From an uncultured bacterium (GTDB lineage Bacteria > Bacillota_I > Bacilli_A > RF39 > UBA660), in NCBI GenBank assembly GCA_949296705.1, contig CASFOW010000013.1, positions 1,693 to 65,692 of the forward strand: a DNA stretch of 64,000 nucleotides. Direction: 5' to 3'. Numbering within the stretch: position 1 is the first letter of the stretch; every line of letters begins with the position of its first letter. The notes beneath the pieces were generated by a model, which saw only the letters and a list, made by a program, of their open reading frames with translations, did no database searches and was not told the DNA's origin. Shown here piece after piece: positions 1 through 11,162 of this stretch. The translations under genes were made by a program, and so were the position numbers.

Positions 1-186
1 AATGTCATCAAATAATTCTGTTTCGCAAGCATTTTCTAGACTAGTTAACATTCTAGCGGTTACTGCCACTACTTTATAGCCTAATTCTCTACACTTGTGT
101 AACACCTCTTTAGTAAGTGGTGTTACTGTTTTTTCATCCGTTAATAGTGTCCCATCTAAATCCATCGCAATTATTTTAATATCCAT
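1..186 (-). CDS. HAD-superfamily Cof-type (IIB) phosphatase, N-terminal part; the gene runs off the window edge
   Basis: Not in the ORF track because the window edge cuts it. Minus-strand ATG at 184-186 is preceded by GGTGGGA. Translation MDIKIIAMDLDGTLLTDEKTVTPLTKEVLHKCRELGYKVVAVTARM... carries HAD motif I (DxDGT). The frame stays open to position 1. Confidence 0.6.
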   Translation of the reverse strand, partial: MDIKIIAMDLDGTLLTDEKTVTPLTKEVLHKCRELGYKVVAVTARMLTSLENACETELFDDI

Positions 187-230
187 TTTTATCCCACCAT
201 CTCACTATCTATCTTATCACATTTTTATCC

Positions 231-258
231 AAAAAAAGAAGTCCTTCAAGAGAACTTA
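231..258 (-). terminator. Intrinsic terminator after rplQ (end of alpha operon)
   Basis: Minus-strand hairpin AAGTTCT-cttga-AGGACTT followed by CTTTTTTT, about 10 nt past the rplQ stop. Confidence 0.65.
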
Positions 259-267
259 AAGAACTTA

Positions 268-612
268 CTATTTTACTAATTCTAAAATTACCATTAAGGC
301 ATCGTCGCCTCTTCTTTCAGTCAATTTAACGATTCTTGTATACCCACCATTTCTTTCTTGATAACGAGGGGCTAATTCGTCGAATACTTTCTTGACTGCT
401 TCAGTATCGTTCTGAAGAAAGGCTAAAGCTTTTCTTCTAGCAACTAAACTACCATCTTTTCCATAAGAAATCATTTTATCTACGAATTTACGTACTTCTT
501 TTGCGCGTGTTTCTGTCGTTGTGATTCTCTCATTCATGATAACATCTTTAGTTTGATTGGCTAATAAGCTTCTTCTGTGTTTGTTATCACGACCTAATTT
601 TCGGTATGCCAT
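268..612 (-). CDS. rplQ: 50S ribosomal protein L17
   Basis: 114-aa [23 protein letters not shown] is the canonical L17 N-terminus. It sits directly after rpoA. Confidence 0.97.
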   Translation of the reverse strand: MAYRKLGRDNKHRRSLLANQTKDVIMNERITTTETRAKEVRKFVDKMISYGKDGSLVARRKALAFLQNDTEAVKKVFDELAPRYQERNGGYTRIVKLTERRGDDALMVILELVK

Positions 613-631
613 AATCTATCCTCCTTACTAA

Positions 632-1582
632 TTAGTCATTATCGCGAAGTATTAATCCTAAATCTCTTACTTTATCTAATACTTCTTTTAGGGATTTCTT
701 TCCTAAATTACGAATTTTCATCATGTCAGCTTCTGATTTGTTAACTAAATCTTGAAGCGTATGAATACCAGCTCGTTTTAAACAATTGTAAGCACGAACT
801 GAGAAGTCTAAATCTTCGATTGTTGTTTCTAACGCTTTTACTTTAGGATCTTCTGTTTTCTCGATCATTAAACCTGTTACATCGGCAATATTACTTAGAT
901 CGGTTAATAGTTGGAAATGCTCGATTAAGATACGAGAAGCTAAAGCAATTGCTTCTTCTGGTTTCATAGAACCATTTGTCCACACTTCTAGAACTAATTT
1001 ATCATAACTTTCATCTTGTCCTACTCTAGCAGGTTGTACTTCGTATGATACTCTTTCGATTGGAGAATACAATGAATCGATAGCGATAGTACCAACTTTC
1101 TTGTCGGTTAAAAGCTTCTTATTATCATCACTTTTTACATATCCTCTACCATTTCCTACTGTCATTTCCATTACTAAACTGCCACCCTTAGCAATATTAG
1201 CAATTACTTTATCAGGATTTAAGATTTCGATATCAGCATCTTTTTCGATATCTCCAGCTGTAACTGGACCTTCTTTATTTACATTTAAGTGAAGGACTTT
1301 ATTTTCTTTGGTATGATTTTTAATGACGATATCTTTTAAATTTAATACGATTAAAGAAACATCTTCGATTACACCATCGATTGTTTGAAATTCATGAGAA
1401 ACACCTTCGATCTTTACACTTGTGATTGCACTACCTGGAAGTGAAGATAACATTACTCTACGTAATGCATTCCCAAGTGTAGTTCCAAAGCCTCTCTCTA
1501 GTGGTTCTAGTTCAAATTTTCCATAAAAATTACTTTCTACATAATCCGTAATCTTATATATTGGTTTTTCAAATTGTAACAT
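632..1582 (-). CDS. rpoA: DNA-directed RNA polymerase alpha subunit
   Basis: The ORF track extends to 1633, but that part overlaps rpsK. The ATG at 1582 (MLQFEKPIY...) has GGAGG 8 nt upstream. The C-terminal domain motif DLDFSVRAYNCLKRAGI is present. Confidence 0.96.
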   Translation of the reverse strand: MLQFEKPIYKITDYVESNFYGKFELEPLERGFGTTLGNALRRVMLSSLPGSAITSVKIEGVSHEFQTIDGVIEDVSLIVLNLKDIVIKNHTKENKVLHLNVNKEGPVTAGDIEKDADIEILNPDKVIANIAKGGSLVMEMTVGNGRGYVKSDDNKKLLTDKKVGTIAIDSLYSPIERVSYEVQPARVGQDESYDKLVLEVWTNGSMKPEEAIALASRILIEHFQLLTDLSNIADVTGLMIEKTEDPKVKALETTIEDLDFSVRAYNCLKRAGIHTLQDLVNKSEADMMKIRNLGKKSLKEVLDKVRDLGLILRDND

Positions 1583-1602
1583 GAAACTTTCCTCCTTTTT
1601 CA

Positions 1603-1986
1603 TTACCCACGTGGGCGTTTTGGTGGACGGCATCCATTATGTGGAATTGGTGTTACATCAGAAATTGAAGTAACTTCTAATCCCGCTGTCTGTAATGAAC
1701 GAATAGCTGTTTCACGTCCAGGACCCATACCTTTTACGAATATCTCTACTTTACGCATTCCAATATCGTAAGCAGCTTTTCCTGCAGCCTCTGCTGCCAT
1801 ACCTGCTGCAAATGGTGTAGATTTTTTGCTACCTTTGAAACCGATAGCACCACTACTAGCCCAACTAATTGCATTACCATCTTTATCGGTAATCGTTACA
1901 ATTGTATTATTGAATGTGGAATGAATATGAGCTACTCCTTCAGGTACATTCTTTTTGACTTTTCTTTTTCTTGTTTTATATGCCAT
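1603..1986 (-). CDS. rpsK: 30S ribosomal protein S11
   Basis: [34 protein letters not shown] is typical S11. The start is trimmed to the ATG at 1986, which has a GGAGGT SD; the ORF track begins 5 codons earlier. Confidence 0.96.
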   Translation of the reverse strand: MAYKTRKRKVKKNVPEGVAHIHSTFNNTIVTITDKDGNAISWASSGAIGFKGSKKSTPFAAGMAAEAAGKAAYDIGMRKVEIFVKGMGPGRETAIRSLQTAGLEVTSISDVTPIPHNGCRPPKRPRG

Positions 1987-2012
1987 AAGTCTGACCTCCA
2001 TTTCTAACTATT

Positions 2013-2378
2013 TTATTTCTTTTTATTTGCGATTGTTTTTGGTTTTCCTTTACGAGTACGTGCATTTCTATTAGTTCTTTGTCCTCTGACTGGTAGACCT
2101 TTCTTATGCATTCTACCTTGGTAAGAATTAATCTCCATCTTCGTTTTGATGTTCATATTTACTTCACGACGAAGATCACCTTCTGTTGTATATTTGTTTA
2201 CTTCTTCACGTAAGCGTACTAATTCATCATTATCCAAGTCTTTTGCTTTTTTAGTAGGTTCTACTTTAGCATCTTTACAGATCGTAAGAGCTAAATTTCT
2301 TCCTATTCCATAGATACTTGTTAATGCGATTGATACGTGTTTCTCGTTAGGTAGATCGATTCCTTTAATACGTGCCAT
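2013..2378 (-). CDS. rpsM: 30S ribosomal protein S13
   Basis: [26 protein letters not shown] is the S13 signature N-terminus. Confidence 0.97.
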   Translation of the reverse strand: MARIKGIDLPNEKHVSIALTSIYGIGRNLALTICKDAKVEPTKKAKDLDNDELVRLREEVNKYTTEGDLRREVNMNIKTKMEINSYQGRMHKKGLPVRGQRTNRNARTRKGKPKTIANKKK

Positions 2379-2396
2379 ACATACACCTCCTAATTA

Positions 2397-2510
2397 TTAT
2401 CCTTGTTTTTGTTTGTGCTTTGGATTTTCACAGATAATCATTACTTTACCTTTTCTTCTGATTACTCTGCATTTTGCACACATTGGTTTTACAGATGCTT
2501 TTACTTTCAT
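2397..2510 (-). CDS. rpmJ: 50S ribosomal protein L36
   Basis: Below the ORF-track size cutoff. My own translation is [37 protein letters not shown] (37 aa, Cys/His zinc ribbon). It lies between infA and rpsM as expected. Confidence 0.95.
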   Translation of the reverse strand: MKVKASVKPMCAKCRVIRRKGKVMIICENPKHKQKQG

Positions 2511-2521
2511 TATAATCCCTC

Positions 2522-2737
2522 CTACTTTCTATAGGTTATCCGTCCATGTTTTGGATCGTAAGGCGATAATTCGACTACTACGGTGTCACCTGGTAAAATG
2601 CGAATGTAGTTCATTCGGATTTTACCAGAAACATGGGCTTCTACAATGTGACCATTTTCTATTTGCACTTTAAACTTACCGCCTGGTATGATTTCTAGAA
2701 CTTTTCCTTCTACTTCTATAATATCATCTTTAGCCAT
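2522..2737 (-). CDS. infA: Translation initiation factor IF-1
   Basis: 71 aa. [51 protein letters not shown] is classic IF-1 (S1-like fold). Confidence 0.97.
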   Translation of the reverse strand: MAKDDIIEVEGKVLEIIPGGKFKVQIENGHIVEAHVSGKIRMNYIRILPGDTVVVELSPYDPKHGRITYRK

Positions 2738-2744
2738 TCGATTT

Positions 2745-3491
2745 TCACTCTCCCGTCAAAATTTGATATCCATCTTCGGTTACCGCTACAGTGTGTTCAT
2801 AATGAGCCGAGGGTTTACCATCGGCGGTTTCTACTGTCCAGTCATCATCGAGCATATAAATATCTGCTGTTCCTAAATTTAGCATTGGTTCAACGGCAAT
2901 GACCATTCCTTTTTTTAATAATGGGCCTGTTCCCGCTTTCCCATAGTTAGGTACTTCTGGATCTTCATGAACATCTGTTCCTACACCATGGCCAACTAGT
3001 TCTTTTACTACGCCAAGATGGTGTTTTAATGCGTATTGTTCGATGGCATAACCTATATCACCAACTCTATTACCCGGTTTTACTTGTTTTAGTCCTTCGA
3101 ACAACGCTTTTTCTGTATGTTCCATTAAGTATTTCTTTTCATCGTCCACTTCGCCTACTGCATAGGTCCAAGCGGAATCTCCATGAAATCCTTTATAGCA
3201 AGCACCGATATCTATCGATATGATATCACCATTTTTTAATTTTGTCTTTCCAGGAATACCATGTACGACTTGATGGTTAATACTCGTACAAACACTTCCA
3301 GGAAAACCGTCATACCCCTTAAAAGAAGGTGTTGCGCCTTTACTACGGATAAACTTTTCCGCAAGTTGGTCAATTTCTTCTGTTGTAATTCCTTCTTTTA
3401 AGAACGACTTTAGATATTGATGGGTCTGATAAACAATATTACCAGCCTGCTTCATCAATTCGATTTCTCTATTACTTTTTATCGTAATCAT
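2745..3491 (-). CDS. map: Type I methionine aminopeptidase
   Basis: 248 aa with MetAP metal-binding context (VCHGIP-like [31 protein letters not shown]). Position between adk and infA matches the expected order. Confidence 0.95.
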   Translation of the reverse strand: MITIKSNREIELMKQAGNIVYQTHQYLKSFLKEGITTEEIDQLAEKFIRSKGATPSFKGYDGFPGSVCTSINHQVVHGIPGKTKLKNGDIISIDIGACYKGFHGDSAWTYAVGEVDDEKKYLMEHTEKALFEGLKQVKPGNRVGDIGYAIEQYALKHHLGVVKELVGHGVGTDVHEDPEVPNYGKAGTGPLLKKGMVIAVEPMLNLGTADIYMLDDDWTVETADGKPSAHYEHTVAVTEDGYQILTGE

Positions 3492-4147
3492 TTAATCATC
3501 TCTTTTTCTATGATAGATGTAATTCGATGGAAGACTTCTTCTGCCTCCGCCATACTATCGATTGGATAAAGTTTATCTTGTCTACGATAGTATTCAATCA
3601 AAGGCTCTGTTTGTTTCTTGTATTCACGATACCTTATTTCAAATGATTTTTCGTTATCATCATCTCTTTGGTATAACTCATGTCCACATTTATCACAAAT
3701 AGACTCATTTTTAGGTTTTAACGAGGGTTCTGTAACATTGTAAATTGCACCGCAATTTTTACATAGTCTTCTGCCTGTTATTCTTTTCTTCAAACACTCT
3801 TCTGTTACTTCTAACAAAAATACGGCATCGATTTTTTCACAGCGTTTATTTAAGATATCATCGAGCGTTTTGGCTTGAAGAATATTTCTTGGAAACCCAT
3901 CAAATAAGAACTGGTGATTCTTCGTTTCTGCCATGTAATGATCAATTAACTCAAAGATAATTTCATCACTAACTAAATTCCCATTCGCTAAGGTTTCCTT
4001 TATTTTTTTTCCTAACTCACTATCTTGACTGGCCACTTGACGAAGCAAATCTCCGGTTGATAAGTGATTTAAGTGATATTCATTTTCTAAAAATTTTGCT
4101 TGTGTTCCCTTTCCGGCGGCGGGAGGCGCTAATAGAATAATATTCAT
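3488..4147 (-). CDS. adk: Adenylate kinase (zinc-lid type)
   Basis: P-loop LLAPPAAGKGTQ. Lid with CKNCGAIY...CDKCGHEL. It follows secY. Confidence 0.95.
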   Translation of the reverse strand: MNIILLAPPAAGKGTQAKFLENEYHLNHLSTGDLLRQVASQDSELGKKIKETLANGNLVSDEIIFELIDHYMAETKNHQFLFDGFPRNILQAKTLDDILNKRCEKIDAVFLLEVTEECLKKRITGRRLCKNCGAIYNVTEPSLKPKNESICDKCGHELYQRDDDNEKSFEIRYREYKKQTEPLIEYYRRQDKLYPIDSMAEAEEVFHRITSIIEKEMIK

Positions 4148-4150
4148 CGA

Positions 4151-5431
4151 TTAATGTCTCCTATAGCTTTTACGATAACTTCTAGTAACTAAACTTCCTT
4201 CTAGTTGTTTATATGTCTCTAGGGCAACACCAACGACGATTAGAAGTCCAGTACCGCCTATGGTTACACTAGCTGGAACAGAGATTTTATCTGATAGATT
4301 AACTAATGCTGTAAAAATAATAGGTAGGATGGCTATAATCACTAAGAAGAGTGAACCAACTACTGTTAATCTAGATAAAACTTTACTAACATAATTTTCT
4401 GTTTCCCCACCTGGTCTAATACCTGGGATATAACCACCATTTTGTTGTAAATTCTTAGATAGTTCTTCTGGTTTAATTTGAATAAATGTATAGAAATATC
4501 CAAAGAAGAAAATTAAGAATATATAAATGATAAGTCCGACTGGGGTTGTATATGATAAGTAATTATTGCAGAAATCTATAAATCCTTGATTGCCACTAAA
4601 TTGAGCAATTGTTGTTGGGATTGCTAGAAAACTAGAAGCAAAGATAACCGGTACAACACCAGCTGAGTTAATTTTAATTGGCATGTAACTCTGGGGATTC
4701 CCGTAACCACTTGATGTTTTATTGGCATATTGAATCGGAATTTTACGATCTGCTTCCTGTACCCAAATAACACCAATGATAATGACGAAATATACGATGA
4801 TAAAAAGTACAAATAAAGCGATTCCTAAAGCTAATGCTAAATCTGAATTCGTAATTAATCCCTGAAATGCTTGAATAAACATCGTTGGTAGTTCTTTGAT
4901 AATACCGGCCATAATGATTAAGCTCATACCATTTCCGATACCTTTTTTGGTGATTCTATCTCCTAACCAAAGAGTAAAAGCAGTACCTGCTGTCAATATG
5001 GTGGCAATATATAAGTGATCCATCGCACTTGGTGCATCGAAGAATGCGAATGAAAACGCAAAACCTTCAATGAATGCGAATATGATTCCCATATATCTAG
5101 TAATTTGATTAATCTTTTGTCTTCCAACTGGTCCTTGTTTATTTAATTCACTAAAATATGGAATAATATCTAACTGTAATAATTGCATGATGATGGATGC
5201 TGATATATAAGGCATTACACCTAACGCAAAAATGGAAAAATTACGTAGGGATCCACCACCCATAACATTAATTAAATCTAGAAATCCTAAATTACTGGTG
5301 ATTTCTGGAGTTCCTGGAACTCGAATTGAAGTTCCAATTACGAAAATCATTAAGGCAACCAACGTAAAACCGATTCTTTTTCGTAAATCTTTATTCGTCG
5401 GTGCAAATAATTGTTTCAAACTTTGAAACAT
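4151..5431 (-). CDS. secY: Preprotein translocase subunit SecY
   Basis: 426-aa polytopic membrane protein in the conserved position after rplO. SecY-like motifs are present (GMSLIIMAGI, IPGIRPG). Confidence 0.96.
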   Translation of the reverse strand: MFQSLKQLFAPTNKDLRKRIGFTLVALMIFVIGTSIRVPGTPEITSNLGFLDLINVMGGGSLRNFSIFALGVMPYISASIIMQLLQLDIIPYFSELNKQGPVGRQKINQITRYMGIIFAFIEGFAFSFAFFDAPSAMDHLYIATILTAGTAFTLWLGDRITKKGIGNGMSLIIMAGIIKELPTMFIQAFQGLITNSDLALALGIALFVLFIIVYFVIIIGVIWVQEADRKIPIQYANKTSSGYGNPQSYMPIKINSAGVVPVIFASSFLAIPTTIAQFSGNQGFIDFCNNYLSYTTPVGLIIYIFLIFFFGYFYTFIQIKPEELSKNLQQNGGYIPGIRPGGETENYVSKVLSRLTVVGSLFLVIIAILPIIFTALVNLSDKISVPASVTIGGTGLLIVVGVALETYKQLEGSLVTRSYRKSYRRH

Positions 5432-5432
5432 A

Positions 5433-5876
5433 TTAGATCACCTCGGCTTTACTTCCTGACTTTTCAATTTTTTCTAATGCACTAGCAGAAAATTTATTGG
5501 CTTGAATAGTAAGCTTTTTCGTTAATTCTCCTGTTGCTAGTACTTTAATTCCGTCTAATTGATTTTTGATTAACCCTACTTCTTTTAATAAAGCAGGAGT
5601 TACTACTGTGCCATCTTCAAAGCGATTAAGATCATCTAAGTTGATTACTGCATATTCTACTTTGAATTTTGCATTAGTAAATCCACGTTTTGGAAGACGT
5701 CTGTATAATGGTAATTGTCCACCTTCGAATACAGCTCCTTTTCCGCCTCCACTACGAGCTTTTTGTCCTTTTTGTCCTTTTCCTGATGTTTTTCCTAAAC
5801 CACTACCACGACCACTACCTAGTCTTTTTTTCTTATGTGTAGCTCCTTCATTAGCTACTAATTCATGTAACTTCAT
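5433..5876 (-). CDS. rplO: 50S ribosomal protein L15
   Basis: [44 protein letters not shown] is typical L15. Its ATG shares nt 5876 with the rpsE stop (TAATG). Confidence 0.96.
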   Translation of the reverse strand: MKLHELVANEGATHKKKRLGSGRGSGLGKTSGKGQKGQKARSGGGKGAVFEGGQLPLYRRLPKRGFTNAKFKVEYAVINLDDLNRFEDGTVVTPALLKEVGLIKNQLDGIKVLATGELTKKLTIQANKFSASALEKIEKSGSKAEVI

Positions 5877-6385
5877 TATCCGATAATCTCCTCTTCTGTT
5901 TTTCCTCTTAATTTTGCAACTTCTTCTATAGATTTTACAGATTTTAAGGCATTGATCGTAGCGGTTGCCATATTTAACTTGGTACGGCTTCCAAGTGATT
6001 TAGAAAGGATATCATGAATACCAGCAAGTTCTAAAACAGCACGAACTGCGCCACCTGCGATTACTCCTGTACCAGCTGCAGCAGGCTTTAGGAATACTTT
6101 AGCAGCACCATTTACACCAAGTGCTTCATGCTGAATTGTTCTGCCATCGACTAAAGGAATTCTAACGATACTCTTAGTAGCAGCTTGAATTGCTTTTTTG
6201 ATCGCATCTGGTACTTCGTTAGCTTTACCAACTCCTAAACCAACGCGACCTTTTCTATCCCCAACAACTACGCAAGCTGAGAAGCGTCTTTTACGTCCAC
6301 CTTTAGTTACTTTAGTGACAGACTTTACTTCGACAACTAATTCTTCTAGCTCTTTTTGTTTTGGGTCATTATTTCTATTTTGCAT
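5876..6385 (-). CDS. rpsE: 30S ribosomal protein S5
   Basis: 169 aa. [21 protein letters not shown] and the [13 protein letters not shown] motifs are typical S5. Confidence 0.96.
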   Translation of the reverse strand: MQNRNNDPKQKELEELVVEVKSVTKVTKGGRKRRFSACVVVGDRKGRVGLGVGKANEVPDAIKKAIQAATKSIVRIPLVDGRTIQHEALGVNGAAKVFLKPAAAGTGVIAGGAVRAVLELAGIHDILSKSLGSRTKLNMATATINALKSVKSIEEVAKLRGKTEEEIIG

Positions 6386-6398
6386 AATTTCCCTCCTA

Positions 6399-6755
6399 TT
6401 AGAATTCTAATCCTTTTTCACGTGCAGCGGTAGCTAATGCTTCTACACGTCCATGATAAAGGTATCCACCTCTATCGAATACTACTTTAGTAATTCCGGC
6501 TTTTTTTGCTTCTAAAGCGATTTGTTCTCCTACTTTAGTAGCAGCTTCCTTATTGCCACCATTTTCTAATTTTAGACTTAATGATGAAGCACTTGCTAAA
6601 GTAATACCATTTTCATCATCGATGATTTGCGCAGAGATATTTTTATTTGAGCGAAAAACACATAATCTAGGCACTTCACTAGTACCAACGATCTTATTTC
6701 TTACTCTTTCATGTCTAACTTTACGCATTTCATTGCGAGAAATTTTTTTGATCAT
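6399..6755 (-). CDS. rplR: 50S ribosomal protein L18
   Basis: 118 aa. RHERVRNKI...[18 protein letters not shown] is typical L18. Confidence 0.96.
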   Translation of the reverse strand: MIKKISRNEMRKVRHERVRNKIVGTSEVPRLCVFRSNKNISAQIIDDENGITLASASSLSLKLENGGNKEAATKVGEQIALEAKKAGITKVVFDRGGYLYHGRVEALATAAREKGLEF

Positions 6756-6785
6756 AAGTAACTTCTCCCTTCTACTTATTTATTA

Positions 6786-7322
6786 TTAAGCAGCTTTCTT
6801 TCCTTCTTTACGACGAACATGTTCATCTTTGTAACGGATACCTTTTCCTTTGTATGGTTCAGGCTCTCTTACTTTTCTGATTTTAGCTGCAAATTCACCT
6901 ACTAACACTTTATCGATTCCACTTACGGTAATCTCTGTATTCGATGTTGCTTCTACTTGAATACCAGCTGGTATTTCAAGTTCAACTGGATGAGAATATC
7001 CAGCACTGATCACCAATGTAGATCCTTTTACATTGAAACGATAACCTACACCGATGATTTCTAATCCTTTTTTAAAGCCATGCATTACACCTTCGATCAT
7101 GTTATGAATATGAGCATTCATAGTTCCATGCATTGCTTTTGTCGTTTTCTCATCGTTTGCTCTTAAAACAGAAACATTATTTCCTTCGATATTTACTGTA
7201 ATTCCTTTTCCTAAAGCAAGTGATAATTCTCCTTTAGGTCCTTTAACATGAATATGATTATCTTCACTTGTTACAGTTACACCTTCAGGTACTACAATTA
7301 TTCTATTTCCAATACGACTCAT
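6786..7322 (-). CDS. rplF: 50S ribosomal protein L6
   Basis: MSRIGNRIIVVPEGVTV...GPKGELS is typical L6. Confidence 0.96.
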   Translation of the reverse strand: MSRIGNRIIVVPEGVTVTSEDNHIHVKGPKGELSLALGKGITVNIEGNNVSVLRANDEKTTKAMHGTMNAHIHNMIEGVMHGFKKGLEIIGVGYRFNVKGSTLVISAGYSHPVELEIPAGIQVEATSNTEITVSGIDKVLVGEFAAKIRKVREPEPYKGKGIRYKDEHVRRKEGKKAA

Positions 7323-7343
7323 TATCTCGCACCTCCTTCGATT

Positions 7344-7745
7344 TTACCAAATATAAGCTAGTACTTCTCCACCTAGTGTTTGTTTACGAGCTTCTTTGTC
7401 AGTCATGATTCCACGTGATGTAGAAATAATCGCAATTCCTAATCCATTCAACACTTTTGGTACATCTTCTGCTTTTGCATAAACTCTTAATCCAGGTTTA
7501 GAAATTCTCTTTAATCCTGTGATTACTCGTTCTTTGTTTGGACCATATTTTAATGTGATAAGGATTGTACCTTGTACGTTTTCCTCTAACACTTTATAGT
7601 CCTTTATAAATCCCTCTTCTTTTAAAATTCTAGCAAGTTCTAATTTTAGTTTAGAAGCAGGCACTTTAACTTCCGTATAACGCATACTATTGGCATTACG
7701 AATTCTCGTAAGCATATCTGCGATTGTATCTGTTACTACAGCCAT
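7344..7745 (-). CDS. rpsH: 30S ribosomal protein S8
   Basis: [19 protein letters not shown] is the S8 signature. Confidence 0.96.
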   Translation of the reverse strand: MAVVTDTIADMLTRIRNANSMRYTEVKVPASKLKLELARILKEEGFIKDYKVLEENVQGTILITLKYGPNKERVITGLKRISKPGLRVYAKAEDVPKVLNGLGIAIISTSRGIMTDKEARKQTLGGEVLAYIW

Positions 7746-7765
7746 ATTAATTAAATCCTCCTTCC

Positions 7766-7951
7766 CTACCAGCTTGATTTCTTCACACCTGGTATTTGTC
7801 CTTTGTTTGCTAATTCTCTAAAACAAATGCGGCAGATTCCAAATTTGCTCATTACTGCATGAGGTCTACCACATCTTTCGCAACGTGTATATTCACGTAC
7901 TTTGAATTTTTGTTTTCTATTAGCCTTTACTTTCATACTTTTCTTTGCCAT
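7766..7951 (-). CDS. rpsN: 30S ribosomal protein S14, zinc-binding type Z (61 aa)
   Basis: 61 aa with CERCGRP...CRICFRE (CxxC...CxxC). It lies between rplE and rpsH. Confidence 0.95.
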   Translation of the reverse strand: MAKKSMKVKANRKQKFKVREYTRCERCGRPHAVMSKFGICRICFRELANKGQIPGVKKSSW

Positions 7952-7963
7952 AATATCCTCCTA

Positions 7964-8503
7964 TTACTTTCTAAAAGGAATTCCAAGTTTATCTAACAAG
8001 TCATACGCTTCTTCATTAGTCTTCGCTGTTGTAACGAAAACGATATCCATACCACGTACTTTTGCGATATTATCATAGTCGATCTCTGAGAAGATTAGTT
8101 GTTCTTTGATTCCTAGTGTATAATTTCCTCTTCCATCAAATGCTTTAGAAGAAACTCCTCTAAAATCACGAACACGTGGTAGAGCAATAGAAATTAATTT
8201 ATCAATAAAATTATACATATTTTCTCCACGTAATGTTACTTTACAACCAATTGATTGTCCTTCTCTTACTTTGAAACCAGCTATTGATTTTTTTGCTTTA
8301 GTAACAACTGGCTTTTGTCCTGCAATCATCTCTAAATCTTTAACAGCAGCATCGATTAGTTTAGAGTTGCTTGTTGCATCTCCAACACCGATATTAATTA
8401 CTACCTTTTCTAATTTTGGCACTTCCATTATTGTTTTATAGCCATTTTTTTCAATTAAACTTGGAACTACTTCTTTAAGATATTTTTCTTTTAGGCGGTT
8501 CAT
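7964..8503 (-). CDS. rplE: 50S ribosomal protein L5
   Basis: [41 protein letters not shown] is typical L5. Confidence 0.96.
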   Translation of the reverse strand: MNRLKEKYLKEVVPSLIEKNGYKTIMEVPKLEKVVINIGVGDATSNSKLIDAAVKDLEMIAGQKPVVTKAKKSIAGFKVREGQSIGCKVTLRGENMYNFIDKLISIALPRVRDFRGVSSKAFDGRGNYTLGIKEQLIFSEIDYDNIAKVRGMDIVFVTTAKTNEEAYDLLDKLGIPFRK

Positions 8504-8521
8504 ATATTACCCTCCTTCCAA

Positions 8522-8833
8522 TTAATCAATCTTCTCGTTTGATTTTTTAGAAATTCTACATTTTTTATTTGTTTTTTCATCGATCGTATAACCGATTCTA
8601 GTGGTCTTCTTTGTTTTTGGATCGATTAACATAACATTGGAAGCATCAATTGGTGCTTCTACTTCAAGAATACCACCCGTCTCTTGACCGTTTCCTTTTT
8701 TATGTTTTTTAACAATATGAGCTCCCTCGACGATTACTCTGTTCTCATCTTTAAAAGTCTTTGTTATTTTTCCTTCGACACCTTTACTAGACCCAGCTAT
8801 TACTCTTACTTTGTCTCCAACTTTAAGTTTCAT
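8522..8833 (-). CDS. rplX: 50S ribosomal protein L24
   Basis: MKLKVGDKVRVIAGSSKG (KOW motif), in spc operon order. Confidence 0.95.
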   Translation of the reverse strand: MKLKVGDKVRVIAGSSKGVEGKITKTFKDENRVIVEGAHIVKKHKKGNGQETGGILEVEAPIDASNVMLIDPKTKKTTRIGYTIDEKTNKKCRISKKSNEKID

Positions 8834-8844
8834 AATATCCTCCT

Positions 8845-9213
8845 TTATAGCACTTCTTTAGCTAAAGATACTATTTTCATAAAATCTTTGTCACGAAGTT
8901 CTCTTGCTACTGGTCCAAAGACACGAGTTCCTACTGGACTCTTATCGTCTTTAATGATTACGCAAGCATTATCGTCGAATTTAATGTAACTTCCATCATC
9001 ACGACGGATGCCTTGTCTACTTCTTACGATAACAGCTTTTACAACTTTTCCTTTTTTCACAGTTCCATTAGGTGTGGCATCTTTTACTGTACCAACAACT
9101 ATGTCACCGATATTACCAGTTTTTACTTTGCTTCCCCCTAGTACACGAATAACTAATAGTTCTTTCGCACCAGAGTTGTCAGCTACTTTTAAACGGCTTT
9201 CTTGCTGTAACAT
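8845..9213 (-). CDS. rplN: 50S ribosomal protein L14
   Basis: [27 protein letters not shown] is typical L14. Confidence 0.97.
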   Translation of the reverse strand: MLQQESRLKVADNSGAKELLVIRVLGGSKVKTGNIGDIVVGTVKDATPNGTVKKGKVVKAVIVRSRQGIRRDDGSYIKFDDNACVIIKDDKSPVGTRVFGPVARELRDKDFMKIVSLAKEVL

Positions 9214-9239
9214 AAATTATTTCCTCCTTCACCTAAGAG

Positions 9240-9500
9240 TTATAGAATAACTGCTTCTTTTACGATTTCTGCTAAATAGAAGTGTTTTGTCTTAGAAATT
9301 GGTTTACATTCTACGATTCTAACGGTATCTCCTACTTTCGCTTTATTTGATTCATCATGAGCGGCATATTTTTTTGAATATTTTACTCTTTTGCCATACT
9401 TTGGATGTTTTTTATATGTCTCAACTTTAACAGTAATTGTCTTGTTGTTACAAGCACTTACTACTGTACCAACTAATTCTTTCTTAACTGATTCTCTCAT
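9240..9500 (-). CDS. rpsQ: 30S ribosomal protein S17
   Basis: 86 aa. [31 protein letters not shown] is typical S17. Confidence 0.96.
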   Translation of the reverse strand: MRESVKKELVGTVVSACNNKTITVKVETYKKHPKYGKRVKYSKKYAAHDESNKAKVGDTVRIVECKPISKTKHFYLAEIVKEAVIL

Positions 9501-9511
9501 GTAAACCCTCC

Positions 9512-9712
9512 TTAATTATTTTCCGATTCTTCACGCTCACGCAACACAGTTTTTAAACGCGCTACGTAGTGTCTCAAATCTCTTATTCTTGAAGGTTTTT
9601 CTAAATTTCCTGTTGCTTGTTGTAATCTTAAATTAAATAATTCTTCTTTTGCTTCTTTAATCTTCGCAACGATTTCTTCAGTGGTTAGCTCTCTTATTTC
9701 TTTAACCTTCAT
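9512..9712 (-). CDS. rpmC: 50S ribosomal protein L29
   Basis: 66 aa. [31 protein letters not shown] is typical L29. It overlaps the rplP end by 11 nt. Confidence 0.95.
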   Translation of the reverse strand: MKVKEIRELTTEEIVAKIKEAKEELFNLRLQQATGNLEKPSRIRDLRHYVARLKTVLREREESENN

Positions 9713-10133
9713 TTATCTCACCACCATTTTCTTTTTTTACAAATTTTGTTTTAATTGGTAATTTATGAGAAGCTAGGCGAAGTGCTTCACGAGCAGTAGC
9801 TTCGTCTACTCCAGCAATTTCGAACATGATCTTTCCTGTTTTAACAACAGCTACCCATGCTTCGACATTACCTTTACCTTTACCTTGACGTGTACCAATT
9901 GGTTTCTTCGTTAAAGGCATATGTGGGAAAATATTAATCCATACTTTTCCACCACGTTTCATATAACGTGTCATTGCAATACGTGCTGCTTCGATTTGGT
10001 TTGAAGTAATCCAAGCACCTTCTTTTGCCATTAATCCATATTCACCTTTATCTAATGATGTATTTCCCTTAGCATGACCTTCGTAAGGTAATCTATGAAC
10101 ACGACGATACTTTGTTCTAGATGGAATTAACAT
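9702..10133 (-). CDS. rplP: 50S ribosomal protein L16
   Basis: [23 protein letters not shown] is typical L16. Confidence 0.97.
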   Translation of the reverse strand: MLIPSRTKYRRVHRLPYEGHAKGNTSLDKGEYGLMAKEGAWITSNQIEAARIAMTRYMKRGGKVWINIFPHMPLTKKPIGTRQGKGKGNVEAWVAVVKTGKIMFEIAGVDEATAREALRLASHKLPIKTKFVKKENGGEINEG

Positions 10134-10135
10134 GA

Positions 10136-10789
10136 TTAATTACCTCCTTTAGCCTTTTTTGAAGGAAGAATTTCACCTTTATAAATCCATACCTTAACAC
10201 CGATTTTTCCAAATGTTGTATCAGCCTCAGCTGTTGCATAATCGATATCGGCACGAAGTGTATGTAGAGGAATAGTTCCTTCTGTATATCCTTCGCTACG
10301 AGCCATATCAGCGCCACCAAGACGTCCTGATACTAAAGTTTTAATTCCTTTAGCGCCTGACTTCATAGCATTTCTAATTGCTCTTTTTTGTGCCATTCTG
10401 AACGATGCACGATTTTCAATTTGATTAGCAATAGAGTTTGCTACAATCTGTGCATTGATATCTGGCTTTTTGATGTCGACGATAGAAATTTGTACTTCTT
10501 CGCCAATTTCTTTTGAAATTTCTTTTTTTAATTTTTCGATTGCCTCGCCACCACGACCAATGATAACACCAGGTTTAGCCGTATGAACAACAATCTCTGT
10601 TCTCTTAGAATTTCTTTCTACTTGTACTTTAGAAACAGCTGCATCTTTAAGATTCTTAGCAAAATATTCACGAATTTTGATATCGTTATTTAAAAACTTT
10701 GCGTAATCTTTTTTATTCGCATACCATTTTGAGTCCCAGTCTTTATTTATTCCAAGTCTAAGTCCATTAGGATTTACCTTTTGACCCAT
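10136..10789 (-). CDS. rpsC: 30S ribosomal protein S3
   Basis: [24 protein letters not shown] is typical S3 (KH domain). Confidence 0.97.
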   Translation of the reverse strand: MGQKVNPNGLRLGINKDWDSKWYANKKDYAKFLNNDIKIREYFAKNLKDAAVSKVQVERNSKRTEIVVHTAKPGVIIGRGGEAIEKLKKEISKEIGEEVQISIVDIKKPDINAQIVANSIANQIENRASFRMAQKRAIRNAMKSGAKGIKTLVSGRLGGADMARSEGYTEGTIPLHTLRADIDYATAEADTTFGKIGVKVWIYKGEILPSKKAKGGN

Positions 10790-10810
10790 TATATAACCCT
10801 CCTTATTAGA

Positions 10811-11143
10811 TTATCTCGTTGCCACAACGATTGTGATGTGACTTGTTCTTTTATCCTTATGTCCAATATGACTACGTGAATCAAACATATGACGTTTCAT
10901 AACTGGACCAGCATCTACTCTTGCCTCTTTTACATAAAGTTCGTCTTGGTCTGCACCATTATTGTTCACTGCATTACTGATTGCAGAGACTAATACTTTC
11001 TTTGTAAGGCGAGCAGGCTTTTTATTCATGTTATTTAAAATAACTAAGGCATCATTTACCTGTTTACCACGAATTAAATCTACAACTAAACGAGCTTTAA
11101 TTGGTGATACTCTAAGAGTTTTTGCGATTGCTCTTGCTTCCAT
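10811..11143 (-). CDS. rplV: 50S ribosomal protein L22
   Basis: MEARAIAKTLRVSPIKARLVVDLIRGK is typical L22. Confidence 0.96.
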   Translation of the reverse strand: MEARAIAKTLRVSPIKARLVVDLIRGKQVNDALVILNNMNKKPARLTKKVLVSAISNAVNNNGADQDELYVKEARVDAGPVMKRHMFDSRSHIGHKDKRTSHITIVVATR

Positions 11144-11162
11144 ATTTCTCTCCTCCTAGTCA

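Noticed and set aside
1101-9250. Plus-strand ORFs of 60-106 aa inside ribosomal, secY, adk and map genes (for example 1101-1292, 2413-2673, 3029-3223, 5566-5886, 6553-6789, 8684-8989, 9008-9250).
   Set aside because: These are antisense shadows of highly conserved minus-strand genes. Their translations are low-complexity (Leu/Phe/Ser/Pro-rich), they have no SD, and they match no family.
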